A stretch of DNA of 38,593 bases, taken from Octopus bimaculoides. Lineage: Eukaryota. Location: positions 11,861,470 to 11,900,062 of the forward strand of contig NC_069001.1 of assembly GCF_001194135.2 (NCBI RefSeq), in the 5' to 3' direction. Positions 12,648-23,539 of this stretch are shown in pieces; within the stretch, counting starts at the first letter, position 1, and each line of letters opens with the position of its first letter. The notes under the pieces were generated by a model. That model worked only from the letters and a program-made list of their open reading frames with translations. It had not been told where the DNA came from and did no database searches. The translations under genes and the position numbers were made by a program.

Positions 12648-12872
12648 GCAGCGAGCTGCCGAAATTGTTATATCACCGGGCAAAATGCTTAGAATGCTCA
12701 GCGGCATGGCGTCCGTCTTTAGGTCCCGAGTTCAAATTCAGCCGAGGTGGACATTGCCTTTCTTCCAATCAGGATCGATAAAATAATTACCAGCTGAACA
12801 TTAGGAGCAATGCAATTTACTTGCTCACGTATCCCGAAGCTGTCGGCCTCGTACCAAGTTTTGAAACGAAAT
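12648..12872 (+). mobile_element. tRNA-derived SINE, family A
   Basis: GCGAGCTGCCGAAATTGTT..CCGGGCAAAATGCTTAG..GAGTTCAAATTCAGCCGAGGT..GGATCGATAAAATAATTACCAG. Aligns by eye with 31678-31900; box B-like GAGTTCAAATTC. Confidence 0.8.
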
Positions 12873-12889
12873 TAAGAATTGTCTTTCCT

Positions 12890-13210
12890 GTTACTGTCGT
12901 TGTAATTGTTGTTATTGTTATTGCTGTTGTTGTAGGTGTAGCAGCAGGAATTTGGTTTGTTGTGATTGCAATTGTTTTTCTTGTTGTTGCAGAAATAATT
13001 ACCTTTTCTTTTTTCAATGTTATTGCGTTTATTGTTGTTTCCGATTCAGTTCTTAATCTTGTTTCTATTCTTTACGTTCGCGTTTATCTGATTGTTGCAG
13101 TTAGTGTTGTTATTCCTGTGGTCTTCATTGTATTTCTTCCTGTAGTTTCTTTTGTCATTGTCGCAGTCGTTGTTACTATCATCTTAATGTTTGTATAGTG
13201 CTGTTGTTGT
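12890..13210. repeat. Degenerate (TTG/TTA)n low-complexity tract
   Basis: Direct reading; explains the hydrophobic V/I ORF 12821-13198. Confidence 0.8.
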
Positions 13211-13304
13211 TTTTTTATGCCCACACCAACCCCGAACATTAAAAAAAAAGATGAGTATATCCCAACCATGGCCATCCTGAATAATAAAATCATCTTCCTT
13301 TATG

Positions 13305-13464
13305 GTTCGTCCCCGTAACCTAGCTGTTCGGCGAAAGAGACCGATAGAATAAGTACTAGGCTTACAAAGAATAACTCCTGGGGTCGATTTGCTCGACTAA
13401 GTAGGCGGTGCTCCAGCATGGCCACAGTCAAATGACTGAAACAAGTAAAAGAGTAAAAGAGTAA
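13305..13464 (+). mobile_element. SINE family C (3' module of the bipartite B/C SINE)
   Basis: GTCCCCGTAAC..GACCGATAGAATAAGTACTAGG..GGGGTCGATTTG..GGCGGTGCTCCAGCATGGCCACAGTC..CTGAAACAAG with a tandem TAAAAGAG tail. The 3' motif recurs at 21638-21695 and 23555-23600. Confidence 0.8.
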
Positions 13465-13669
13465 GTAATATAGAACTACAATATCATATCCATCACCTCA
13501 TCGCTTCTACTACAAGGATCAACATCTCTTACACGTCCTAATCATCACCGCCTTATTCAACATCATATAGAACTACAATGTTTTAGACTGTGAGTTTTGG
13601 CTTCAGGTAGTACCAACATTTATTTCTTACAAGACTTGCAAATTTCGGCACAAGGCTGGTGTTCAGTTC

Positions 13670-13842
13670 TATATTTACCGGATGAGGAATTATGTACATT
13701 ATTTACATTATTTACATTCGACGGATATTTGTCCACATCTTGATTGTTGTTAACACAACGTCTCGGTTGATATACCCACGAGCCTTCATCAGGTGTCTTG
13801 GGGAAATTTCGAACCTGGGTTCTCATTCCTAAGGTATTTTTC
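13670..13842 (-). mobile_element. Penelope-like pLTR-type module bearing a hammerhead motif
   Basis: Minus strand CGAAAAATACCTTAGGAATGAGAACCCAGGTTCGAAATTTCCCCAAG-[HHR]-TAACAACAATC..GTAAATAATGTAAATAATGTACATAATT, with a short tandem TGTAAATAA repeat near the 3' end. Confidence 0.65.
13753..13796 (-). ncRNA. Minimal type I hammerhead ribozyme motif (A14G in this copy)
   Basis: ACAC-CTGATGA-A-GGCT(CGTGGGTATATC)AACC-GAGAC-GTT-GTGT. Perfect CUGAUGA, stem I ACAC/GTGT, stem II 3 of 4 bp, GAGA instead of GAAA, palindromic ACGT, GUU triplet. Confidence 0.7.
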
Positions 13843-13848
13843 GCTCTT

Positions 13849-13879
<31 letters not shown>

Positions 13880-13900
13880 TTAAAATTATTATTATTATTA

Positions 13901-13981
13901 GTGTTCAGGTCACTGCTTGGAATCGAACTCGGAATCTTGCGGTTAGTAGCCCGCGCTCTTAACCACTACACCATATGCCCG
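13901..13981 (-). mobile_element. tRNA-derived Pol III head (SINE-like, not a functional tRNA)
   Basis: Minus strand GGGCATATGGTGTAGTGGTTAAGAGCGCGGGCTACTAACCGCAAGATTCCGAGTTCGATTCCAAGCAGTGACC. Box A TGGTGTAGTGG, box B GAGTTCGATTCC, 7-nt loop CTACTAA. Acceptor and T stems pair poorly. Confidence 0.8.
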
Positions 13982-14036
13982 TGTCGTAGTGGTTAAGAGC
14001 GCGGGCTAATAACCCCAAGATTTCGAGTTCGATTTC
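13982..14036 (+). mobile_element. Inverted, truncated second copy of the tRNA-derived head
   Basis: 13986-14034 is the reverse complement of 13921-13969 with 3 mismatches in 49 bp. Confidence 0.85.
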
Positions 14037-14119
14037 AGTGGTGGTGGTGGTGGTGGCGGCGGCGGCAGTCGTAGTGGTGGTGGTGGCGGCGGCGGCGGTG
14101 GTGGTGGTGGAGGAGGTGT

Positions 14120-14151
<32 letters not shown>

Positions 14152-14225
14152 CCGATGATGATGATGATGATGATGGTCATGATCCTGATGACGCTAACAA
14201 TGATGACGACGCTCATGATGATGCT
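14037..14225. repeat. (GGT)/(GGC)/(GAT)n compound trinucleotide tract
   Basis: Direct reading. Confidence 0.92.
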
Positions 14226-14610
14226 GACGATTAGCTTAATTACGATGCTGTTGACCAATGGCACGTTTGCTGGCGACGGTAGTGGCAGAGATTCTGCCAG
14301 CAACAAACTCAGCTAACTTCAAATCCATATCTTATCGCAGTTTTCACTCCGATAACTTACATTCATCATCTATATTTTTCCTAGCTGACGGCATATTATT
14401 TATTCCCAAACGAGATATTATATAATATAAAGCAATCAGCCACATCACACGGAACTTGATAAGGCTTTATTTCATGGAAACAAAAACAAAACAAAAAGTG
14501 GTAAGCGAAACTAAATAAAGAGAGAATGGCAAAAAAAAAATAATAATAATAATGTAACAGAAGAATAAAACAAGAGCAAAATTTACACACGAAATCAGCC
14601 GACTTGAGGG

Positions 14611-14611
14611 C

Positions 14612-14685
<74 letters not shown>

Positions 14686-14686
14686 C

Positions 14687-14717
<31 letters not shown>

Positions 14718-14722
14718 AAGAG
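14611..14722. repeat. (GA)n microsatellite
   Basis: Direct reading. Confidence 0.95.
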
Positions 14723-14939
14723 AAAAATGTGTGCGCAGAGAAAAGAGCCATCATTATATGAAATAAAACCTATAGTGATGAAGTATAATAGCGTGTGTGT
14801 ATATATGTACATATATAGATGTTAACGACTATGTTAAATCATTTATGTGCATGCATATATAATAAACTATATATATATTATATAAGCATTTATAAAGTTT
14901 AAATGCATATACATTCATATATACATATAAACATGTATG

Positions 14940-14976
<37 letters not shown>

Positions 14977-15189
14977 TTGTATAGAGAGGGAGGCCGTGAG
15001 AGATGAGCGTGAAAGTAAGAGAGATACATATATTCACTTACGTATATCTCAGTCTATATAATTGTATGTGTGTGTGTGTCTGTGTGTGCGTGTGTGTGTG
15101 TGCCTACCATATACATGTCGCTTCTTAAGTAGGTCACGCATCAGCATCTAGTAGATTTTAAATAATTTTTAAATGCTGTTATCTTTATT

Positions 15190-15259
<70 letters not shown>
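15190..15259. repeat. (TAG)n microsatellite
   Basis: Direct reading. Confidence 0.97.
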
Positions 15260-15971
15260 CTGAGTCCTTAATGTCAAGTTGTCATTTTATGTAATCGTTG
15301 ATTTTGTTGTCGACGTTTATTCATGTTGGCGCTACTCCACTTGAGTTCTGATTCTACAGTCCTCTAATAAAAGCTTCCTACCATGACCACCCTTTATGTG
15401 CTTTGTTTTTTTAAATTTTCCTGCTATCTCCTAGTATGATATCCCTTTCCGTAGGTTATGACAGAAGCGTGATGTGACTGTTTTTTCTAGCCGATCGTGT
15501 GACCACCGAATGTCTTTCTAAATACGAAGACGACTGTGGCAGTGTGGTAAGAAGCAAAGCAATTGCTATCTTTCTCAACCACACCTCATATACAGAAATC
15601 CATAGGAATACAAACAGTCTAGAAATCGGAGCTGTGAATTTGTAAAAATACTCTAATGTGTGTGTATATATGTTTAGATATATATGTATGTGTGTGTATG
15701 GATGTATGTACTTATGTGTGTACATATGTTGTATATGTATACATGTATATATATATATATNNNNNNNNNNNNNNNNNNNNNNNNNNNNNNNNNNNNNNNN
15801 NNNNNNNNNNNNNNNNNNNNNNNNNNNNNNNNNNNNNNNNNNNNNNNNNNNNNNNNNNNNNNNNNNNNNNNNNNNNNNNNNNNNNNNNNNNNNNNNNNNN
15901 NNNNNNNNNNNNNNNNNNNNNNNNNNNNNNNNNNNTATATATATATTTATTTATATTTGTATTTATATTAA

Positions 15972-16120
15972 GGGCATTACTATACAAAATGCCTCACGCT
16001 AGGAGGGACACTTAAAGTCAAAAACCACCATAATAAACACATTGCGCAATGTGTTTATTATGGTAGCTTTTGACTTTAAGAATCCCTCCTAGCGTGAGGC
16101 ATTTATGTATAGTAATGCCC
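15972..16120. mobile_element. 149-bp spacerless palindromic MITE-like element flanked by TTAA (Kolobok-like termini)
   Basis: Arms 15972-16045 and 16046-16120 are reverse complements with 4 mismatches and 1 indel. Centre is CATTGC|GCAATG. TTAA at 15968-15971 and 16121-16124; termini GGGC...GCCC. Confidence 0.75.
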
Positions 16121-16814
16121 TTAATATATATTTCGGAAACTGAAACCAAGTTCGTACAATCTTGAGGTTAAGATCCAAACCACTCAGATAACATGCCTTG
16201 ACGTCACTCTTAGGGAGTAGTGTAATGATGCTAATAGACGCTACACTCTCCTCTCCCGTCTTTGACTTCATATCATATCTTCGTATCGATTTCACAATCG
16301 TTGCAGTACATCCTATTCTGTTATAGAGACAAGAAATTCAGAGAGAGCATATTCTCATTTCATCGCAGCAATGCCATTACGCTGTGATGCATCACTGTCT
16401 AAATGTATTACACCGAAGATAAATTTTGAAGGGTGAGAACTACTAACGATAAATACAAACAAAATCATAGGAATTTAAAAAGGTTTTGGGATGCGCCATC
16501 TTAACTATTGTTAAGCATCTTTTTTTCTTCCTCAATATGTTTTCCTACCCGTATTATCTATCATTCTATCGTATTTGAATATCATATAGTTTGAAAGGAA
16601 TGAAAGTCAATATGGCGGCTATGGCGAATGCATTCTATCAAGCATATATATAGATATCTTCATATTTACCCTTTGGAATTTCGACATTGATTAGATTGGA
16701 TTCTTTTGCAATCCACAAATGTTTATCATATACAATTGGATCGGAATACCAATGAACGGCTGTGCGTATGAAAGATTTACCAATACAAATACATACATAC
16801 ATACGTATATAAAT

Positions 16815-16822
16815 ATATATAT

Positions 16823-16900
<78 letters not shown>
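16815..16900. repeat. (CA)n(TA)n microsatellite
   Basis: Direct reading. Confidence 0.95.
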
Positions 16901-17231
16901 TCATATATGTATGTGTAGGAAGATATATGCATATATATATGTGTTTGTGTCTCGGTGTTTTTGTACGTAAGCATGTATCCATGAATGTATGCATACGTAT
17001 GTATATGTATAAGTATTTGTGGAGGGCTGATCTCCTTCGGGAGCTGGCTTGTGTACATCTATAGATTTCCATTCAACACTGTGATTAATTCAAGACTGGA
17101 AGCAAGTATTTGCAATGAACATTCAAAAACATTTCTTTCTATTTATCCCATATTTTCAATGGTGCTGTTGTTGTTTCCTTTCGTTCAATACACAGCTTAT
17201 ATATGCGTGTTCAAGTATTTGTGTGAGTGCA

Positions 17232-17235
<4 letters not shown>

Positions 17236-17278
<43 letters not shown>
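17236..17278. repeat. (TG)n microsatellite
   Basis: Direct reading. Confidence 0.95.
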
Positions 17279-17282
<4 letters not shown>

Positions 17283-17484
17283 TTCCTTCTGCTGGTTTAA
17301 AGGAACATCCCGATTTTCGCTTATTTAGGGTGAAAACGGAAAATTAATGCTAATACTTCTACAAATAACAATAAGGATTTCTGAAATTTGCCACCAGAGC
17401 GACGGATGAAGAGAACAAGGACGGGCGTAATGTATGGAGATTCTGATGGACGGAAATGACGGGGATAATAATGATTATGATGAC

Positions 17485-17567
<83 letters not shown>
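17485..17567. repeat. (AAT)n microsatellite
   Basis: Direct reading. Confidence 0.97.
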
Positions 17568-17568
<1 letters not shown>

Positions 17569-18289
17569 TATTATAATAATAGTAAAAAATGCCGACTATT
17601 AGGAATATGAATTAGAGTTTATTTAACATCGCTGGAGGATTCTATAGGAAAAATGACATCGATATTGGAGTTAGTTATACGAAGCAAACCATAGATTAAG
17701 GATATGAAATATTAGAATATGAAGAGAATAAATATTGCTTTCTGCAATTATTTTAGACATATTATAAACCTAGCTAAAATTTCATAATCTAATGGTGTTG
17801 GTTCATCTATAAGGTTAGATGAACTAAGAGGGATTGAAATGAAATATTTTTAATTAATGTGAATAACCTCATTGCTACCATTATCAAACCCGCCACACCA
17901 TCATAGCCACCATCATCTCCATCTCCACCCCACCGCCCACAACAACAACAATAACAACAAAAGCACCACTATCGTCAAGAACACCACCACTCCGCAAATA
18001 TAACAACACCATTAACAACACTAATACTACCATTATGCTCATCTCAGCCACCAACTCTACTACGACCCCCACCGGCTACATCAAGATCACATCCACTAAC
18101 CCCACCATCACTACCATTCTATACGATTTCTAATATTAATTAATTATCAGAAAATAATCGAATTTTTCGAACATCGAATGGCTGTGATGTTCCGTATGAA
18201 TAAAATTCATACCACTAGGGTTCCAAGGACAAAAGATGGGTTAAAGAAACATTACACTAAATATTTCTCTTTTTAATTTTTACGCAGGT

Positions 18290-18640
18290 TTCTCGGGTTT
18301 CATTGCGTATACGTGACCGAGATCAGAACATTTTCTCTGAATGGGACACCTGCTTGCCGCAGGGTGACAAAATTACCGGTGAGTGACTTCGTAAAACATG
18401 AAATGAAGTGTTTTTGCTCACGAACTCAACAAACCGCCAGGTTAAAGAGTCGAAATTATGCTACATATAGAGAATAACCAACCGAAATTGCAAAGATAAT
18501 TTGGATCTCGACTGAGGAAAGAAAACTTTGAATGACCTTTCCTTGTTTTCTTTGTATCGTCTATCTGGATGCTTTGTCCCTTTCTTGTATCACCTAACTG
18601 TCAGGGTGTTTTGCGTTCTTGTCCCATTCTGTATTATATA
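18290..18640 (+). mobile_element. Probable diverged interspersed repeat ending at (TA)n (possibly PLE-related)
   Basis: High-complexity segment that terminates at a (TA)n/gap like the other hammerhead-bearing elements and resembles a recalled octopus repeat. No second copy in the window. Confidence 0.35.
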
Positions 18641-18739
18641 TATANNNNNNNNNNNNNNNNNNNNNNNNNNNNNNNNNNNNNNNNNNNNNNNNNNNNNNNN
18701 NNNNNNNNNNATATATATATATATATATACACATACACA

Positions 18740-18899
18740 CGACTAGCTTCTTTCAGTTTTCCTCTGCGAAAACAATCGCAATGCTGCGGTCGAACCGGCC
18801 ATGCTCTAGAATACATGCACCCAATGTACTACATGGTCGGACTGAACATGAAACCGTTTGCCTGAGAGATACAATTCTTCCCACACTTACACGCCTGCC
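18740..18899 (-). mobile_element. Diverged SINE family B copy
   Basis: Plus strand CGACTAGCTTCTTTCAGTTTTCC...GGACTGAAC..GAAACC...CTTCCCACAC..ACACGCCTGCC. Collinear with 3700-3826; abuts a CA/TA tract. Confidence 0.65.
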
Positions 18900-19369
18900 G
18901 AGATTCGTTAGCAGGCTCTTGTGATCGCGAGTGCAACGGTATAATAACTAAGCCAGGACGTCAAATACGTATTGGTCTTGACTCTGTCAAAGTCTAAGCT
19001 ATTCTAGGGCTAAAAAATAAAAGCCAAACAAACAACTATCGACTTTTTTCTTCATTTAATTAGTATTTATGGCAAACACACTGCTAATTATTGTTTAGAT
19101 TGGTAAATTCAAAGAAAAAATAATTTATTTTCATAGTTGTTGTTGTTGTGTTGTAGTTGTTGTTGATTAGCTGCTTATCAGACATTTTATAATGTCGTAT
19201 GATCAGCGGCGTCGCTTATTTGTCTTTGTTTATTTTTAATTATATATTTAATAAGAATTTGCTGTCAACTAGTTTAGAAACACAGTAGACTATTATATCG
19301 ACCCTGATATTTTTCTGGTACTTATCTGATCGATGTACGATGGTTAGAAAACTGCAAAACTAACAACTG

Positions 19370-19563
19370 TTTCTGCTAAAAGGGTCAAGGCCTGGAACCA
19401 AGGAGGGGCAAGTCGATTTTGACTGGCATTTTCTGTCATCAACCCTGAAAAATGAAAAGTAAAGTTGACTCCGGTGGCATATAAAACCGCAACGAACAGA
19501 GCAGTTGGAAATGGACACTAATAATTTTTCCCCAGTGTTAAAGCGTTTCACTTACTTCGCACC
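19370..19563 (-). mobile_element. SINE family A, old copy
   Basis: AAGGCCTGGAA..AGTCGATT..ATGAAAAGTAAAGTTGACTCCGGTGG..; collinear with the reverse complement of 31678-31830. Confidence 0.6.
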
Positions 19564-19565
19564 TT

Positions 19566-19743
19566 AATGATAATACTTTCTATAACAGGCACAGAGCCTG
19601 AAAATGTAGGGGTGAGGGTAATAGGTCACATCAACACCAGTGTTTAAATGATAGTTATTTTATCGACCCCCAGTAGGATGAAAGGTAACCGACCTCGCCA
19701 GAGTTTCAAATGACGGTTGAAAATCCGCTATGCATTCTCACCT
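19566..19743 (-). mobile_element. SINE family A copy
   Basis: AGGCACAGAGCCTGAAAAT..TTATTTTATCGACCCC..GGATGAAAGGTAACCGACCTCGCC..AATCCGCTATGCATT. Confidence 0.75.
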
Positions 19744-19777
19744 ATGAATCTATCATTTTGACTTTATAATATTTAAA

Positions 19778-19960
19778 ACCCTCTCTACTCTAGGCTGAAG
19801 GCCTGGAATTTTGGGAGAGGGGTTAATCGATTATGTCAACCACAGTACTTAACTGGAACCTATTTCATCGACCTCGAAAAGAGGAAAAGCAGAATCAACC
19901 ACGGCAGAAATATGAAAGTAGACACGGACGAAAAGCCTCTAAACCTTTGTCCGGTACGTT
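19778..19960 (-). mobile_element. SINE family A copy
   Basis: TAGGCTGAAGGCCTGGAATTTTGGGAGAGGGGTTAATCGATT..AGTACTTAACTGGAACCTATTTCATCGACCTCGAAA..ACGGACGAAA. Confidence 0.75.
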
Positions 19961-20048
19961 GTCACATTTTTGCACAAGGCCAGCAACTTTACATCGAGCC
20001 CATGTTGCACTGTTACTTATTTTATCAACTTCCAAAGGATGATTAGTT

Positions 20049-20650
<602 letters not shown>

Positions 20651-20984
20651 TGGTCGGCAATTTTCGGGGAGTGTTGGAGAAGGGGTGTAATTCATTAACA
20701 CGACCTAATACTTTCCTTATTCTTTACCAATAATCGAAGAATGAAACGAGGCAAAGTTGACATCAGCGCAATATAAATGTACGACACAAAGACTGCCATT
20801 TTTTAACGCTTTAGAAATGCTGCCACTTCACCGACTTAAATAATAAAGGAGTAAATAATTAATGAAAAGTTTTAATTCCCGAACAGGAATTGGGCTCCAG
20901 TCATAAAGGGATCTAATTAAATAACAGAAAAATTTTCCCCAGTACTTTCAGAATGCTGGAATGTATCACACACAAAATTTTAAT

Positions 20985-21186
20985 AATTATTTTGCTATAA
21001 GCACTACGCTTGAATTTCTGAGTAAGGAGGCTAATCCATTACATCGGCTTAAATGCTCAATTGGTCCTTCGACCCCTAGATGATGAAATGCAAAATTGCC
21101 CTCGGAAGAATGTGAACTTAGAGCATAAATTGATAGAAGGAATACGGCTAAGTAATTTGTCTGACACGCTAAATAGCATACTGCCT
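20985..21186 (-). mobile_element. SINE family A, old copy
   Basis: ATAAGCAC..GGAGGCTAATCCATTACATCG..TCGACCCCTAGATGATGAAATGCAAA..CTCGGAAGAATGTGAACTTAGA..AATACGGCTAAG..ACGCTAA. Confidence 0.7.
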
Positions 21187-21637
21187 TAAAATCATGAAAG
21201 GAGAAATAATTAATAAAAGTAAATGAAAATCGATCCAGCATGATTGGAACTCAAATCATAAAGGGATTTGATTGAATAGCACAAAGTATTTTCCAATACT
21301 TTCAGGATACGGGTATGTATCACGTTTACAAAAACATTTAATAATACAATGCAACAAGGTGAGATTCGAAAAGCGCTTATTCGTTCTCGTAATTTTATCA
21401 ATTAATTTTAACGTCAAAATATAAACAAGTAAATAAATAAATAAATAACATTTTAAAATCGATGATATAAAGCATCATTAAATTCATCAATAAAACCGAT
21501 GTTTGTCATCAGTAGCTCGATATCATAAATAATGTAATGAAAGAAATCAACGGACTGAAGAAATGATTCGCTCATTTCCAGAATTAAAATAACAAAAACA
21601 TTTTTCTAACTAGAAGGAAAAATACATGTGAACAATA

Positions 21638-21695
21638 CGGTGGTGCTCCAGTATGGCCGCAGTCCAATTACTGAAGCCAATACAAGAAAAGAAAC
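21638..21695 (+). mobile_element. 3' fragment of SINE family C
   Basis: GGTGGTGCTCCAGTATGGCCGCAGTCCAATTACTGAA matches 13405-13441. Confidence 0.7.
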
Positions 21696-22214
21696 ATTTC
21701 AAGACCTCATCATTGACGCCAACAAGTTTCGCTTCCGTTTTTGTCATTCTTTATTTTCCCAATGTCCTTTCATAATGTATTTTTGATTATAACAGGAAAA
21801 AAAAAATCAATTTATTGTAATCAACGTTTCTTATTATCTTATCGGGATTTAGTAATGATATATAAATATGGAAACATGTAGATGTTATAGATGACGAATG
21901 ACGAAAGGAAGATAGTTATTAATGAGGTATTGATCTATAGGTCCGAATGTAACAGAACATTACCAATAACCGATAGAACAGATTTGGGATAGAAGCGGTT
22001 GACAGCTGTAAATGATCAGATGCATCTGCTATGTTTTCTGTATAAATACAAGCCAGGGACTGCTTCTTAGATGCACATCACATACCGTATTTTCACGTGA
22101 ATATTTATTTAATTCATACCCGCTCTCTCCCTCTCTGTCTCTCTCTCCCTCTCCCTCTGTCTCACTCTATCTATCTATGTCTCACACATGCAAAATGACA
22201 GGCAAATACAAATA

Positions 22215-22414
22215 TCGGTTTAAATTTCACTACATGGCAGGGCAATTTTGTGGGAGGAGCTAAGTGGATTACATCGACCACAGGGCTCAATAGGTACTTA
22301 TAAAAGGTAAGAGGTAAAGTCGACCCCGGTGGAATTTGAATGCAGAATTTAGAGACGGACCAAATACCGCAAAACATTTTTCCCTACACGCTAACCATTC
22401 TGCAAGTTCATCAC
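22215..22414 (-). mobile_element. SINE family A copy
   Basis: GCAATTTTGTGGGAGG..GATTACATCGACC..GGTACTTAT..AAAGTCGACCCCGGTGGAATTTGAATGCAGAA..AAATACCGC. Confidence 0.8.
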
Positions 22415-22555
22415 ATATATTAAAGTTTACTTTTCGGTATACACAAGGATATTAGCACAGCACATGTACACACACGCTCACATTCACATAAACACACCTT
22501 CATATGCATATATATAAGTGTGTGAGTGTGTGTATAAATATATATATATATATAT

Positions 22556-22746
22556 GGGAGGATATACAAAAAATAACAACAGACGAGGACAGGTGGTGTA
22601 AATAACAAAAGTATATATTAGTATGACGCTCGGGAATACGGAAAGTCTTTGACGTTTCGAGCTACGCTCTTCAACAGAAAGAATACGGAGACAAGGAGAA
22701 AAAACACGGAGAAAAAAAATTGAATAGTGTTCAGTCAACGGTCAAA
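22556..22746 (-). mobile_element. Short Penelope-like pLTR-derived element (family D) between (ATGT)n and (TA)n
   Basis: The 71 bp at 22556-22626 differ by 1 mismatch from 32784-32854. Contains a hammerhead-like motif 91 nt from the (TA)n junction. Confidence 0.7.
22647..22681 (-). ncRNA. Minimal type I hammerhead-like motif with non-canonical CUGUUGA core
   Basis: CTTT-CTGTTGA-A-GAGC(GTA)GCTC-GAAAC-GTC-AAAG: stems I and II perfect, GAAA, ACGT palindrome, GUC triplet; only core position 6 (A to U) is atypical. Confidence 0.7.
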
Positions 22747-22834
22747 TGTGTGTGTATGTATGTATGTATGTATGTATGTATTATGTATGCGTGAATGTAA
22801 ATATGCATTCCGTGCTTGCCTATGTCATTTGTCT

Positions 22835-23130
22835 TCGGATAAGCTGAGACACCAGCTTCAAGGGCATTGCTGAGCAAATAGGCCACATTTTTCTTTATAT
22901 ACTTAAGATTCGGGGATTCAGGCAAACCAACACCAGCTGCCAAGCGGTAGAGGAATGGTACATCCACGTACGCGAAGGTGCTCACACTCTCACACACTTA
23001 TTTATGTATATTTGTATATACAGACAAACAAACATATATATCGGCGAGCCGCCACACAGTGTCCATATACCAAATCAAGACACAAGATATTCGTTCAAGG
23101 TAATCGCCAGCAAAACACGAGGTATTCAAA
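22835..23130 (-). mobile_element. Old full-length bipartite B/C SINE with an internal CA/TA linker
   Basis: C-like part at 22835-22960 (GACACCAGCTTCAAGGG..CGGGGA..AAACCAACACCAGCTGCCAAGCGG), a microsatellite-like linker, then a B-like part at ~23040-23130 (..ATACCAAATC..AAGACAC..CAAGGT). Confidence 0.45.
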
Positions 23131-23539
23131 CATAGCTGTTGTAAAACTATTCACTTACGATCACTTACTTGGCCATGTCATAGTATTATTACTCCCTTTA
23201 TATATATATATATATATATATATATTCACAAGCGCACACACACAAGGCTTTGGTCTATCCTTGGCTACAGAAGTATCAAAGTTTTGTTATTTTTGTTTGT
23301 AATTATTCTGTTCAAGCACCAGCATCTCTAAGTGGGATATAATACAAAGTGCTACCGAATTCCGATACAGAAAAAAAAAATGTTATAATTGAAAAGCGTT
23401 CTCTAATCTTTTATAAAAAAAATATACAAATATATATAAATGAGATTAAAGTGTCTAGTCACCGACGAACATTTACACACTTTCAGTGAGATTTATTCAA
23501 ATTATATTCATACTATTTGACAGCACACATTCAAGCGTC

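Noticed and set aside
13901-13981. Functional tRNA gene (anticodon-position ACT)
   Set aside because: Acceptor and T stems pair poorly, there is an inverted twin, and it runs into a microsatellite; it is better explained as a SINE head.
18505-18545. CTGAGGA-AAG-AAAA-CTTT-GAAT, hammerhead-like
   Set aside because: GAAA, the cleavage triplet and stem I cannot be assigned; too degenerate.
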